The notes: a model not told the origin generated them from the letters alone. DNA of 63,556 bases, filler included, from Choristocarpus tenellus KU-1152 (GCA_964200185.2; 9 parts of 9 records of this genome joined end to end with filler, not necessarily neighbours in it), one strand, 5' to 3'. Positions 32,901 to 47,324 are shown, numbered from the whole stretch's first letter. Numbers and translations are program-made.

Positions 32901-35676
32901 GACGTGGATGATATGGCATTCAGTACATGAAATTTTCCTGTCAGGGAGACTTGAAGGGAGACTTGGCAGGACTCAACCAGACTCAACAATATGGCAATGT
33001 CACATAGCATGCAAACACACATCAGACCACACAATTGGCACCTCAAAAATGCATGTGATGTGTATTGGGCATGAATGTGTAGCGTTACTGCTCACATGGC
33101 ATACAACAACACAACAATGTAGAACATGATGTAATGTAATCCAACTCATTATACTGTAGCCATGTTACAAATCAAGGCATACGGCAATAAAAGCGACACA
33201 AACCATGGCACTATGTGTGTGTGAATTGAATTAATATTTCACAATATGTGAACATAGATTTGTACATGACACTCCCACACACACACATCCGTGCTACGTC
33301 TATTGCCTTCCCCCCACTGCATAAATGATTCGTGCTTGGTTGCTTCCCTTTCATGTAAACCAAGTAAGAAAAGCGTGTTCCTTGGCTCGTGTTGGGGTGA
33401 TAGTCTCTTATTCCGGGGTGTCTCTTATTCCCTTGCCCTCTCTCCCTGCTCCAACCACCAGCAATCGTTAGGAGGCGTGGTATCTTCCCTGAAGAAACTG
33501 CTCTTCCCTATGGGAAGAGACAAGGCCTGGGAGGTGATTATCTGTAATGGAGTGTGATTGAAGATAGGTTGAAGATTGGTAGGTTCTACGTTTGATTGTG
33601 ACCATTTTATTTTTCCATTGGGCTACGCCGTTTTTTAACTCTTTACTTCCTCTTCCACGTTTAAACTGTCCAGCCTCTTTTTTTTTTCACAGTATTTTTG
33701 CTTTTAAAAAAAAAAGATACAACGTATAATACTTGATATGTGTGACTATTGAAGCACTATAGAAGTGTTGTGCCTTTTTTTTCTTTGTTCTACGCTGTGT
33801 AGTATATTGTCAATCCTAGGGGACTTTTCTTTTCTGTAAGAAATTGTTCATGGAGTGTTTTTCTTATTCCACTTAGTAAGCTGAAACAAAGGGATTGAGC
33901 TCCTATGCAAGAGCTCAACTGAAATGCTCAGCTCATTGTGCTTCACCCCCCTCCACCCCTGCTATTGTAGCACTTCCGATTCCATGAAGCTCTTGTCCTA
34001 CGTCACCTACGGGCCTCCTCTCTTCCAATGCGTCTGTGGGGGTGGGAGCAAATGCAGGATGTTATACAGAGCAGTCACCATGACCGATGGCCAGCCAAGG
34101 CATACCTGGTGAGCCCATACTAGTGATCTTTGCATGTAAAGCATTTACATTCGTTATGTATATATATTCTATATACATCTTACAATATGTTTTACTGTAT
34201 GTGTAAGTTGACTAAATTTTTTGTGATACGAGATTTGTTTGGGAGGGTCGTGGGAAGAGGGGAGGAATGCTCAGGCTGTAACCTTTTGTTGCTAAGTTAA
34301 AATTGAAATATTAGTGCTTTGACTGCAAGAGTGTAGTTGCTTGCTAATAATAGGTTTATTTTTGGTTAACAAGATAGTGTTGTGTATCCTTTTGCAGTAT
34401 GTTATTATATCATTTTTTTTTACTATATCATTGTGTTACGTTAGTGTACTGTTTTGTTATGTTATTTTATCTTTGAGGCATGTTTCTATACTATTGTGTT
34501 ATGTTATTTTACCATTGAGGTATATTTGTCCACTTTTTTACTGTGATAGTGTACTGTTTTTGTTGTAACAGTATTTTCATCTAACATGGTCCTACAAGCC
34601 TTGTGTTTTATGTCTACCATTTCGTGGTTACATTACTCCAGATAAAACTTCAATGTGTATGTATTTTGTAGGTGTGGTGGCCCACAAGACCAAATTGTAG
34701 CTTTTATGATGGATAGTGATGTGGTGTGTCAAGTTACCATTGTTCCTTGAGGCCTTCATTTTGAAGGACAACTGTGTTATTTGGTTTATGAATTGTGTTG
34801 GTTCCGAGGTTAGCTGTGGGAATAAAATGTGATTGTCATTTAGTGGGTGGTGGATTTATGTTGTGTTATGAATGTGGATGAGAATGCATTTTTTGGCTTG
34901 TTTGTATGCTTTTTGTTTAATTCTTAGTGGTGGTTTTCCCGAATGAAACTAGGCTATGCTGACTACTGAGCAGGTGTTACGGTGTTCAGGCATGGTTAGT
35001 TATGGGACTGTTTCACTATTGACTTCTGAACGCTTGATTGGGTTTGTTCATGACATGTAACATATTCACATCAATAGTCTGTTGATAGCTCCCTCCCTCC
35101 CTCCCTCCCTCCCTCTCTCTCTCTCTCTCTCTGCACACCTAGTCATGTACAATTTTATTGTTATTTGAGTTATTTTTATTCATTCATATGCTCGAGTAAT
35201 TTCAGTGATTTTTATTGTTTCAATTATACTAAAGACTTACATTTATGTTTATTGTTTCAGTTTTACTCATTTTGATTAAATATTCATGCTTGTGTTTGAA
35301 TCTCAGGTGCAAGGAGCAGGAACAGCCATGTGCAATGGTTTGTACAGAGCTTCCAAGGATTCACAGGACTCTGTAAGCACCAAGTACACTCACCAGGTCC
35401 CTGGAGGACCAATTCTGACTCTGTTCAAGTGCAAGATGCGTACCAGAGCCTGGTGGTGGTTTATCAGGTGCATGCGTACTGACTGTTGTGTGTGTGCTTA
35501 GGTGCCATGGACAATTGGCCACTCTTTGTGTCTAAAATTTGTTATCAAAGAGGGTTTAGATCTTAGCAACCCCTTCCCCCACGCCCACCATCAGCATTGC
35601 GGATCCTGAGCGACCTGGAACGGACAAGGATGTGGACTATTACCAGCATAGATCGACTGCTGACGAGGACTATATG
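26973..35676 (+). CDS. Large ubiquitin-specific protease-like protein (USP9X/24/34-like N-terminal region), 5' partial
   Basis: Eight phase-consistent exons: 26973-27310, 27763-28114 (GC donor), 30027-30221, 31612-32046, 33462-33533, 33971-34108, 35307-35467, 35595-35676. The protein has an acidic/Gly-rich N-terminus and a helical region with SSLPMRLWGWEQ, then VQGAGTAMCNGLY...LTLFKCKMR...WWWFIS...PGTDKDVDYYQH, which I recall from stramenopile large USPs. The gene model is strong. The family call is an inference because the catalytic domain is off-contig. Confidence 0.6.
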
Positions 35677-35776
35677 NNNNNNNNNNNNNNNNNNNNNNNN
35701 NNNNNNNNNNNNNNNNNNNNTTAATTAATTAANNNNNNNNNNNNNNNNNNNNNNNNNNNNNNNNNNNNNNNNNNNN

Positions 35777-36329
35777 GGGGTTGGGTCTGGAGGAGGGGGC
35801 AACGGCTGAGGCAGGGGTGACGAGGGTCCCTGCTGGGGTCAAGGTTCGTGAGGGTGAGGAGGTGATGACTGCTTCAGGGACAATGGTGGCCTCGGTTGGT
35901 GGGAAGGGGGATGGGAAAGGTACTGGTGTGGGAGTTGCTGTTGGTAAGAGTGTTGAGGGGAGGCGTGCTAGGGTGTCGACACCTACCCGAGTATCTAAGG
36001 CAGGGGTTGGGTCTGGAGGAGGGGGTTCTGGGAGTGATGGGGCTGGTAAGGAGGAGGGGTCTGCTGTGGGAGCTGGAGGCGTTGGTTGTCCAGAGAGGAG
36101 GTCTTCGTCTCGGTTGCGAGGATGTGAGAGAAAGAAACATATTTATTTTTATTTATATGTGTGTGTGTGTGTCTGTGTTTGAGTACTTTTGATTTTTTTG
36201 TAATATGCAAGCAGCTCGAGTATTTATTCTTTCTGGGCGTACACCTTGTGTGGGGGTTTGGGGGAGAGGTGTTGATGTTTGTGGGGGTTGGTGTTGGGTG
36301 AAATGTGTATATTTTTAATTTCTGTTTTA

Positions 36330-36365
<36 letters not shown>

Positions 36366-39137
36366 GTTTTATTTATTTATTTGAGCTCCATTAGTGCATT
36401 TTTTATTTTTTGCATTGAGCTGTATGTTTAACAGGGGAAACGGGTTAGGGTTAGGGTTAGGGTGAGCTGTGTGGAATGTGATACCCCACAGTAGCAGGGT
36501 GTTCCATGTTTGCCTATTACCGTTAGGTTCATACTATGTGATGTGTGGTCTCTTTATGGCCCGGTGAGTTTTGTTCACTATGTGTATCATGGTTGTTGCA
36601 CTTTTGGGGGTAGCCCATTGCTGTATTATAAAGGGTAGTTGTAACGGGTAAACTGTTGGTACCCCTGCTTTGTTAGACAGCTTCAGTTGTGGTCATCACC
36701 TTGATGGGAACAGAATTGTTCCTGTTGCAATTTCTGCTCTTGTTGCTCGTGTCTCAGGTTGAACAATTGATTGGACTTGGTAGAGAAGAACATACATACG
36801 TGTCCATTTGCTCTGATCGCCTCTTGTGCAGGAAAACCTTGCGGTTTTTGATATAATACGATTCTTTCCGAGAAGAAAATGTTTTTTTTTTTGTTACCTG
36901 AGTAATTACTTTTTTTCTGTGGGAGGAGGTTGACCTCCGTTTGTCCCCTTTTTGTGTGTGGTTTTTAGATGAGTGACTCCGGGGCAACGCCTGACAAATG
37001 TTTTTTTGTTGGTAGGCAGTGGTTGTTCTTACGTCTGGGACTTGAAGGTGATACTGTTCTGTTTCATGTTTGTGCATTGCTCACTTTCATAATTTTTGCC
37101 AAGGTAAAGAAACATCAACATGGTATTGGGGAGGATGGTCAGTCTTCTTCACCTGGCACATGTGATAGTGTGATAGGCGAAATAGCCTCTTTTTGTGTTT
37201 TTTAGAATGATTTTCATGTACAAATTTTGACAGTTACATTCCTTCCGGCGACAGCGATGATGGGAGTAGACCTGTCCTTTTTATTTTTTTTGTTCAATCT
37301 AACCCTGTACGTCTACCCCACCCTACTCTCTTTGTGTTCTTCTTCCCCCCCCCTCCAACTCCTTCACTCCTTGGGCGGCTCTTCTAGCCACTCCTGCCAT
37401 CTCTAGTCGCCAGTCTGTGTCATCCTCACACCTCCTTGCCCCTACAGCTTCATCTCAGCAAAGAGTTCGAGGTCGTAGTGCCAGCCCTTCAACAGCGTTA
37501 TCTCGCGGTCGGGGCTCTGTAGCAAGCTCTGAATCAGGCTCTGTAGCAGGATCTGTAGCGGGTGGGGGTGTTGTCAGCAATGGTGCCGTGGGGAAGGTGG
37601 AGGGGGATGAGGGACGTGTCAGGCAGAGGTCTTCCTCTATGGATAATGGTAAGCAGGCTCTTACTGTGCCCAAGACTCCTCACTTCCGAACAAGGTACAG
37701 TGGGGATGTGTCAGTCTGTAAGGAGTTTGTACTGCTCTTGTTGTGTAGAGTTGAAGGAGTGGGAGATGATTGACAGGCACTGAAGTTCTGAATGGAGTAG
37801 ATGTTGGTGGGCCAGTTAGCTGTTTGTTGCATTGAGGTGGTTGGATAGTGCCTTTGCACTACAGAATTGGACATTATTTTATTGTTTCTTTTTTTGAATT
37901 TTATACAGTGGCATTTCTTTGAAGCTGTAATTGGGGTGTTGATATATTATATTATTTATTTTAATTAAAAAAAAAAAATTTCCTGTGTGGGTCTGATTAT
38001 CTTTAGCTGAGTTAAAGCTAAATGATTCAGTTTTGTGTTGAACAATTCATTGGTGATTAAGGATGGATTTTTTAAAAATGTGAGAACCCTATACTCAAAT
38101 GACACTTGTGCAATATATACTTTTCTTTTAAATTTTGACTATTTTTCTTTTAACTTTTAAAAGTTTTTCTTCAGTATAATTTTGATGAATTTTGTAGATC
38201 AACCTTTTCTTTTCTCATTCCATCCTTGCATTTTTGTGTATGGTATCTTCTGCCTACAGTACTTGTATTTTTTGTTTTGTTAAGAAGCACTTTTGCCCAC
38301 ATTGCAATTAACAAATATATTTTTATTTGTATTTTTTTGTTTTATTTTTATTTTTTTATTGAAATAATTGATTCTAGTGTGCGTCAAAAGACTTCTGAGG
38401 AGCCCAAGGAAACATCAGAAGACATAGAGGTTAGGAAGCAGAAGGTCATGCAGGAACAGCTCCGGGCTATGACGAGGTAGGTCTATGGAACTAAAACGCC
38501 TGTCTGTTTGGGGTCAGTTGTACTGTTCTGTTAATATTTGTCTTATTTTATTTCTTAATTTATTTATTTATTTTTACTTAATTTTTTTTTGGATGATGTG
38601 TGTGTATTTCTTTTTTTAAGAATTCAAGGTTGGTGTTGCACCTTTAAAAAAATTAAGGATGATTTTTGGTAGGCAGTTGAGGGGTGAAGGGGGCGAGGGG
38701 GGTGAAGTTGGAGACGAGAATGCTTGAGGGGTGCTGGGGAAGTGTGTTCATAGTCCTGTGAGGTTTAATGTTCTTGATTGTTGTGCTATTCTTGTAGAAG
38801 TGAATGAGGGGTTTGTTAGTGTCTTTGTTGGCGTTTTGACTTCTCAGGAGTGTTATAATTTTTTTTTAAGTGTATGTAATTTCGATAGAAGGCGTTCGCA
38901 AGAAGTCTGGGCTGTCTGTTGTTGAGGTGTGACTCCCTTCTGCAAACTGAGTGTACCGACCAATCAGTCAGAGTGCACTAGACACCTGTGACCTGTATCC
39001 TCTGAATTCAGACGTACGCAAAACTGTGTGCCACAAGAAAGTCAGAGGGCTTCTTAAAATGGTGGCGTTGTCCTCCTCTCGCTTGGTTTGTATCATTGCT
39101 TGTGATGTATGTATCAGTCCATTTGTTCTGATGTTGA

Positions 39138-39168
<31 letters not shown>

Positions 39169-39259
39169 TTCTGTTGTGTTCAGGCGCAATAGAGTTATCA
39201 TGGAGAAGAGCCAGAGGACGGCATACAGTGGGAACATTCGCAGTACCAAGGCCCTGACG
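35777..39259 (+). CDS. TPX2: TPX2-like microtubule-associated protein, internal fragment
   Basis: Exons ~35777-36123, 37388-37694, 38378-38476 and 39184-39259 are phase-consistent. They encode low-complexity S/G/R-rich sequence with LTVPKTPHFRT and RSTKALT, resembling the repeated LTxPxxPxFxT / RSTKPLT motifs of TPX2 proteins. Confidence 0.55.
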
Positions 39260-39779
39260 GTGTGTGAGAGAGTGTGTATGTGATGTGATGTGTGTGTATG
39301 TGTATAGTTTGTGGAATGTAACTGTCATGAGACTTTTTTTTTTCTTCTAAAGAATGTGTTTGTGTTGTTGTAGTGACTGCATTTGAAATGGTTGATGTTG
39401 AGGGTTACATCTACTGTGTGCCTGTCTTACTATGTGCATGTTTGATTTTGAAGGTTTGACTAAGATAGTCAAGGGCATTGAGTCATTCCCAGCATAATGA
39501 GTTGCTAGACTTATGTGATTCTTAGAAGACTTTTGTAGCTGTTACAAGCAAGGATTAGGTGTGAATATGGTACATAATGACTGAAAGGAAATGATGGCAG
39601 TATGATGGATTGTGCTTATACCATAGCGCTATGTGTTTATTTATTTGTATTTATAAGTGGTATGACTCATACTGTCATTTCGATCCATGAACCAACTGTA
39701 TGTATTCAGTGGTAATTTTTGATTTAAAAAAAAGACAAGGTTGCCATCAAATTGGCTGTGTGTGAGGTAGTGTACAAGG

Positions 39780-39935
39780 TAGTATATTAACTTTTAGTAT
39801 TATATTAACTTTTAGTATTATATTAACTTTTTGTAGTATATTAACTTTTAGTGATATATTAACTTTTAATATTACATTAACTTTTAGTATTACATTAACT
39901 TTTGTAGTATATTAACGTTTAGTAGTATATTAACA
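39780..39935. repeat. AT-rich degenerate minisatellite (~19-21-bp unit tatattaacttttagta)
   Basis: Directly visible tandem copies. Confidence 0.85.
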
Positions 39936-40388
39936 TATATTTGTTTTATTCTTTTCTTTAAGAGAGAGTGTGTTCTACAGTTGAATCTAAAGCACTTGTG
40001 TTTAGTAACTGTCAGCTTGGTGTTGTAATTGAATAGTGTATGGTGGTAGTGATAAGCACGTCCTCTGATCAGCACCAGTTTATCCAGTTTACAGGGCGGG
40101 CTGTAAGTGCACAAGATGATATCAGATTTATTATTTTTTTGTGATGGTGTTGAAAAAACTTGTTTTGGGACTGCCATAAAGTTTCAGCGAATATCACTTA
40201 TGTCTGGGTTATTATTTCCGTTCTATGCAATAACGCAAGAAATGCCTCCCAGTGTGGTATCGAAAACTATTGTGGAAATTGTTTGAAGAAATACTGATGG
40301 GGGATCGTTAGGGAAGTATCTGTACTTGGTCCTTTTTTTGGAGGTGTTGTACAAGGAACGTACAGAAGGAATGTGTTTGTGGGTGGTG

Positions 40389-40413
40389 TTAGGGTTAGGG
40401 TTAGGGTTAGGGT
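40389..40413. repeat. Short interstitial telomere-like (TTAGGG)n tract
   Basis: ttagggttagggttagggttaggg. Similar tracts occur at ~36441-36462 and ~49847-49860. Confidence 0.8.
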
Positions 40414-41033
40414 TCCATCGATACAAGTGGAAGATTTGTAAATGTAAGTTCTTTGTACTGTTGTAGATATTGGATAGGGTCAAAGTATCTGGTGGGGGGG
40501 TGTTGGCGTCCGTTTTTCACCCTTTTTTTCGGTTTTCATTTTTTTGGTGTGATTTGNNNNNNNNNNNNNNNNNNNNNNNNNNNNNNNNNNNNNNNNNNNN
40601 TTAATTAATTAANNNNNNNNNNNNNNNNNNNNNNNNNNNNNNNNNNNNNNNNNNNNTTTTTTTGGCTGACATTCCAAACCCGACAGGTGCGACCAAATCA
40701 CACCAAAAAAAAAAAAAAAAAAAAAAGGGTGAAAAACGGACACCGACACCCCCCCCCAGATACTTTGACTCTGAGATATCTCCATGCTGAACCCATTTAG
40801 ACATGGTGTAATCTCTCCATGGTTTCATCTTTTGGTTGCCTAAGAGCAGATGGTACTGTTCGTGCAGCCCTGGTATGAAGTATGCTCGATAAATTAGAGA
40901 GCCAATTGGCAGGCAAATATTGCTGTCGGTAAAGAAAAATTCCATCACGTCGCAACAAATGAGTCCATTCATATCATACCACACAGAACATCGGTTCATT
41001 CCCGCAAATAGATGCCTTTGAGTAAAACTAATT

Positions 41034-41239
41034 GAGAGGTAGGCAGGTTTGGACTCTTTTAACGTTTTCAATACGCTCTATTTTATCGCTATATGTGTAC
41101 ACCAGTCCGTACAAAATTGATATTTACCCTTTCCACACAAAAATTTTACCGCAAGTAAGCAAAGCCTCTTCTGCATTTGTTCAAAATTACGTCTTTTTCA
41201 CTTCTCGGGCTACGTGAAGTGCAACCCTGCCTACCTCTC
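41034..41239. mobile_element. 206-bp MITE, TIR GAGAGGTAGGCAGG, 4-bp TSD AATT (Sola-like ends)
   Basis: Sequence reads aatt|gagaggtaggcagg...cctgcctacctctc|aatt, with perfect 14-bp TIRs and a perfect TSD. Confidence 0.88.
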
Positions 41240-44200
41240 AATTGTTTTTTGGCTCCTTTGTATTGGTCCAAATCCGACAGTGGCAATCCAAAAGCAAGAG
41301 TTCTCACCAATCGCACATTTGCACGAGGTTTATGAATATGCTCGTTTCATTTGTTGATAATTCTTGGTCCTACTACCCCTAGAAAGCAACGGACCATGAA
41401 GGAGGCTAGTTCTTACTCCAGAGTATATTGTCCTTGCCCAACTCTAGTCTTGGACAAATAACCACTACCCTGACACTGCCTAGCAACGACTGGTGGTCAA
41501 GCCCACTACATGCTGAACTACGTCTCATGAATTACCAACTAACGGTTGTGCCACGCAACAAATTACAATGCCCTGTATATGTCTATATATTTTTGGACGT
41601 TCGGTTCATTCGTCCTTCGATTCGTCTCCATGCTCCTCTCTCGAACCTTGTACAGTATTCGTCGGGTAACAATGAAGCCTTGCTGTTTCTTGTTTAGCGA
41701 CAGATAGGAAGATACAGGTGTACCTATCTGTTGTGCTTGCCGCATGGCCAATCCAAATCGGATCTCTTTAAAAAGCTATGAACTCAACTGAGTTCAAACC
41801 TGTACATTCTAGGGAAGGGATACTTGTAAACTTCGAAATTCAATGTCACTGTGTATGGTCTTGTGTATATGCATACAGAAAGTATGTTGGATAGTGCTTT
41901 CCGAAGTACACCTATTGGTATTTTTTTCGGTTGCAAACCCACCACATCCGTAGACTTCTCCTGAATAGTGTCAACAAATTATTTACTAATATCGTGACAC
42001 ATTTCAGTGAGTTGATCACTTCATCGTATGAATGTCAGGCTCGCGATTGCTAAAGAAAACACTTCGATTCAGACAACTGCACCAAAATGATTTCAAGTCG
42101 ATTTACGATGTCAACGGACTAAAACAGTAAAATCCGAACTAAACGAGAGGTAGCCAAGTTTTGATCGTTTTGCATTTTACGCCATTTTTCCAATTTTCTT
42201 AAAAATCATCCACATTTCTATGGATGAAGCGTTAAACTTGACTTGAGATCGTTGACTTCTTATTGTTTTATACTTTTGGATAGAATTTAGAAAGTATGCG
42301 ATACTCATTGTATTGAGAAGCCAAATTTTGCACGAATTCTTCAGCATCCTTAAAGATCCAATTTTTTGCTTCAGTGTTTCGAACTTTCAGAAGCATTTCA
42401 TGTATCGTTTCAAAAAGCATCCATATACAGTAATTGATTGAACGGAAAGTGACGAATTTTGAAAGAAGGTCTGTGTCTCCTTTCGTGTTTTTTCTCTACT
42501 TTTTCCAGACACATCATCTCCTCCTATATATGTTTTTAAATGCCGATCGATGTTATTACTACTACATGTAAGTTCGTGTCGCATTGGTCTGGCGATTGTC
42601 CCTATGATCAGAGACACTACACACCATACTACTTCTTACATACTATCCACTGACTAATGTTGTTACACTGTAACTAATTGTACCCCTCTATTCTGCCTTG
42701 CTTCTTGTGTGTTATGTTCAGTACTCTCACTCTCGTCACTCCATCTTCCCTGGCCCTGAATCTTCTCCTAGACCCACCTTGAAATTTCTCCCTTGGTCTT
42801 GGTCTGGTGTTTTATGCATAGCCACAAACATAATAGTAGAGATGTACAATTTGTTGGACTTACCACGTGGAATAGCATAATCGAAACCTGTTTCCGTGAA
42901 AGAAGACTGGTGTCGAAGAGGTTCGAACCCACCAAATTTATGCGGGTAGCTGCTGCCATAACGATAGAGATATGAGGACGTTATGTCTCGATTTAGACGG
43001 TATCTTCATAATTCGTAGCGGGACGATACACAGGAAGTGTGTATCCCATGCGCCTGCATACGATAAACTTTACTAAAACCACAATTTTGTTCAGGTATCA
43101 GTTACTCAACTCAGGTACACAATCCCCTCCCCCACAAGAATGGAGTTGAACAAACTCATGTTGACCTGATTCTGCCCCTACTGTATTTTGTTCCAGTCCT
43201 ACATGCCTACCATGCATCGTACTCTACGGAGTTCAAGCATCACACGACTGCATTTTCTACCCCCTACGCCAACCCCAACTCCATTGCCTACTCCTTATTT
43301 TTTCTTTGTTTATGACTCCCATGCAGATCATCCCGGTGGCAGTGTACCCTCTAGAAAATGTGCGAGGAGTTATGCAGTCGATGTATAATACGGTAGGTTT
43401 AAATTATACTACAGCGGTCAGCTCAAGCAGGGCCAGGTCAAGAAGAACTAGGACGGACCTTGATTCACCTGTGGTACCTTTCTTCAACATTGAGGTCAGG
43501 AGTGTTTTTGGCACAGTGTTTTGTAAGGAGAATGCAAGCGGCACTATTCGTTAGACATTGGTATGCCTCTTCTTCTAGGAAGTAAAAAAAACGGACCGCA
43601 AGAAAACACACAATTAACTTCTTTCCCTCCTCCCTCTTCACCTCTTCCTTTCTTGTGGACTGGGCTGGGGTCACTAGTCGGATAATGCTTAAGGGACTAG
43701 AGGGTAACATCGAATGATGTACTGTACTTTGAATGACCAACCCCACTAAAATATACAGTGAGTACATGTATTTACCTTAAACGATTAGTATCACCTCCTC
43801 CCAGCTGAGTGTATTAATAGAACGACTTCTTTTTGTTTTGCTCTGAAAATAACATATAGATTGTGTACCACATAGAGTTGATAGATATTGATAATATTGG
43901 AAGGCCACAGGACGCCTTAAATCTAGCACAGTCCTCTCTATTTCGCATTGTGTCTCTTAGGTAATTGTGTAAGGTTGCCTGCGATAAGCGCAAACACCTG
44001 TCTGTGAAGGGTCAATAGTGAGGAGAGGGAAATTGAAATCTCTTGTAATTGCAGAGAAATTGCTACGCCCCAGTACTAGCACACATCCCGCACCCTATTG
44101 GAGGGGGCATTTGATGGTTTAAGTTGTGCTCAAGATTTAAAGAAAATGGGCCCCCTTTTTGTGTATGTGTGCGTGCGTGCGTGCGTGCGTGCGTGTGCTT

Positions 44201-47200
44201 GTTTATGTGTTCTTCTACAGCTGTGTCTTGCGTATATGTGCCCCTTTGTCCATGCACAAATGTATACAATTGTGTTTTCATGCCACTGAGATGGTTGTTG
44301 AAATCATGTCACTTCAATGTTATTTTTAGGGGTCCCAATACAGTAGAAATCAGGGAATTGAGTGAGGGTGACGAGTTGCAAAATCCAGTGACTTTTTTTA
44401 TCCGGTCAGGCAAATGCGAAGATAGCAATCCTTGGGTTTTCGAAGTTCCTATACTTTCTGACGTGTCCAGACCCAGGCTGTTAGAAATTATTTCTGGACA
44501 ATGCTGCGAGCTGACAAGGTATCAACATTCCTAACTGGGGAGGTCCGAGGCCCTCAACTATTTCGACATTGCCTGGGCACCTGGCCTGCCTGCAGTCATG
44601 ACATATACCTTGGCTATGCTAATTGCATGAGCTGATGAAGAGCCCTGCTAAAACTACTCCCAAGGACACATATTCACAAATTTATTTATTTTGGAACCAT
44701 AGCCAACAACGAATAGGGATAGCAACTAAGAGTGGGGAGGTGTTAAAGTGGGTATTCATATCACATTGGGGCATGTGGAGGGGAAAGCATGACTGGGTTG
44801 AGAGAACTTCTTCTGAGACGGTTTTTCTCAATGATAGTTTGCGACTCCATTTTTTGCTGGAGGTGCCTCACATCTCATGCTGACTTGGTTCATGGATTGA
44901 GTGTTACTGTGCACTACATCTACCTTTGTCGAGGAAAATGTGTCAGCTGCTTAAATACATGAAATCCGGGCTGGTCCAAAGTTTGTTTCATCTGACCCTA
45001 TGTTTCGACTCTCGCCATATATACTGCACTGAATTATCTATCTCATAAAAATTGCTGGCTGCAAGAATGTGGCATATTTTGGACATTAGAAGAGGTTTGC
45101 GTCAAGATTTGGTAATCCCGGCCTAAACTATTGCAGCACATATTGAGTGTTCCGTGCTCCAGCAATAAACTACAGGCAGGAGGAATATTGACATAATGAC
45201 CAAGTAGTGAATCATCACCCTGTCAAGTCTTCAGCAGTTGAAGCATGCACCAGGCACCGACACACCTCACTACTAGCTATGCTTCCCTCTTTGAAACCAA
45301 CCCAGTCGACTACACTACCTCCCCTAATGCACACACATTGCCAACGGTTTGCCTGCAGGTGGAGGAAATTCAAGAGCAGGAACTTGCGGCACTGTGTCTG
45401 CATTTTGCAGAGGACTACTGCCAATTTGGTTTGAAGATCCCCAAACACTGTCATATTGTAGAGAAGGAAATATTGAAAAAGTGTAGGCTGGGGAAAGAAA
45501 AGGCGTCCTAAGTCAATGATCTGATCAGGATATTGAACTTTCTTCTATGGACTGCTGTTATATTTGTTGGGGTTTCTTATGTGACTCCTTGCTCAAATCA
45601 AGGAGCGAGTGGGGTTCTTGACTAGGAGGTTGTATTGTTGACTTGTGTGCATGGGGGGGGATTCGAGAGAGTGTAATTTTTGCCTCCGTTCTCAATGGGA
45701 AGGCCAGGCCATAGAACTGTCTTCCCAGAACCATGCATGGTTGACGCTAAAGTTGCTGGCGACTTTTCTCGGTGCTTGGTAGTGTTGCTCATACAGTTTT
45801 ACCCACCAATTGCAGTTGAAGGTGCGCCTCTTGGAAGGAGGAGTCTGCAATTTTTCTCTAAGGCGAGTCCAAAATGGCGTTCTATGCCTAGTCTATTGCT
45901 GTGTGGGTGTATCGCAATTGGCTACCACTGCAGATGGTTTTGTGCTGGATGTGTATTTCTATGGTGAGCATAGAAGTGTATGCGGTAAGAGTACGTTTTG
46001 AGAAAAAGTATTCACAGTGCAATCGACTGTGATAACAGGGATCCCTGTGTTTGACTTGAGACAAAATCACAAAGGAAAACAACTTGTTTCAGGGATATGT
46101 AACGTTACATCAAGTATATTGGCCAGGGAAAGGTCTTCATACTGTAGGTAGAATGTACTTCTTGCAAGTTGTTGTGTAAATAAGAAGTAATATCTTTATG
46201 CTTTTGCGGGGATTTCACGTAGTTGTAGAAGTAAAGTTTTGAATAGCACAAGTGTCAACTTTCTGATAACCTTTTGATAATGAGCATCAAGGACAAAGCA
46301 AGTTCTTTGTGTCACATATGTTTTGGCGTTGAGTGTAGTGGACTGCAATATCTTTTTCGAGTTAATTTCACAGAATTAATTGTTATAAAGCGAACTTTAG
46401 GGCACAATTAGATCACCTTTGTAAGGCTTACGTTTTCGCCTTTAGTGTAATGGGTTACACCATGCACTTGTTTTGCACAACCAGGACAACGAAACGCTCG
46501 CATAATACCACAATTTACCGGGATATATGACAAACCATTTTTCAGACAACGAATGATACACGCAGCATGTATCTGTAAGCGTTTGCTTGACAATGGATGG
46601 TATAGAGCAAATACTCCTGAATAGTAAATGGGCTTTTTAAATGGACGGTTTGTAGAACAACAGCAGGCGTTACAGAACAAGTAAATGCGCCCAGAGAGAG
46701 GGTTGTCAAGGATAACGAGTGATATACAGAGGAAATAGATGCCATAAAAGAGTGTTGTGGACGCATATTGAACGCGTTATTCCAGCTGTTCTGCACTATG
46801 CTAAAGTTTATCATTTTGTGCTCGTTTTGGATAAATCAGCACAAAAGGCACAATAAATATATTGTTCTCAATTTTGTGCCATAAGGCATGCTTTGGTTAT
46901 ATTGGGCAGACATTCCTTGAGGTGGACAGAAATGCCATTCCAAGGGAGGTCATAATCCGTTTTTGTGGTCATACACACATCCAAGGACTGCCAGTCCCGT
47001 GTACATCCTGCACACTTTGACAATACCACTTGCAGCAAAAGGCCACTGTTTTATCCCTGTCGTCACACCAAAAAGACCACTACACTACTTTTCTGGGCAT
47101 CAATGTAGGTGCAGACTCTTAAACGAATTTGTGGCACTGTGAATCCAGATGGGGATGATGAGATGAAGAGACCATGCTATGATTGCCACATCCCCAAGGA

Positions 47201-47324
47201 GGGAAGAGTCGTGATCACTGTGCCAAGGACTTCGTCCCCTCCAGGTGGAAACAGATTTCTTGTCCCCAACAAGTAACAGGTTTGTGTTACAGTGAAGGCC
47301 CATTCACTGTAACACCCTAACCCA

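Noticed and set aside
40477-40771. Inverted MITE ends on both sides of a spacer suggesting one element and truly adjacent contigs (also 16868-17112)
   Set aside because: The flanking 3-mers do not match (ata vs tga; cat vs ata). Contigs simply tend to break in this repeat.
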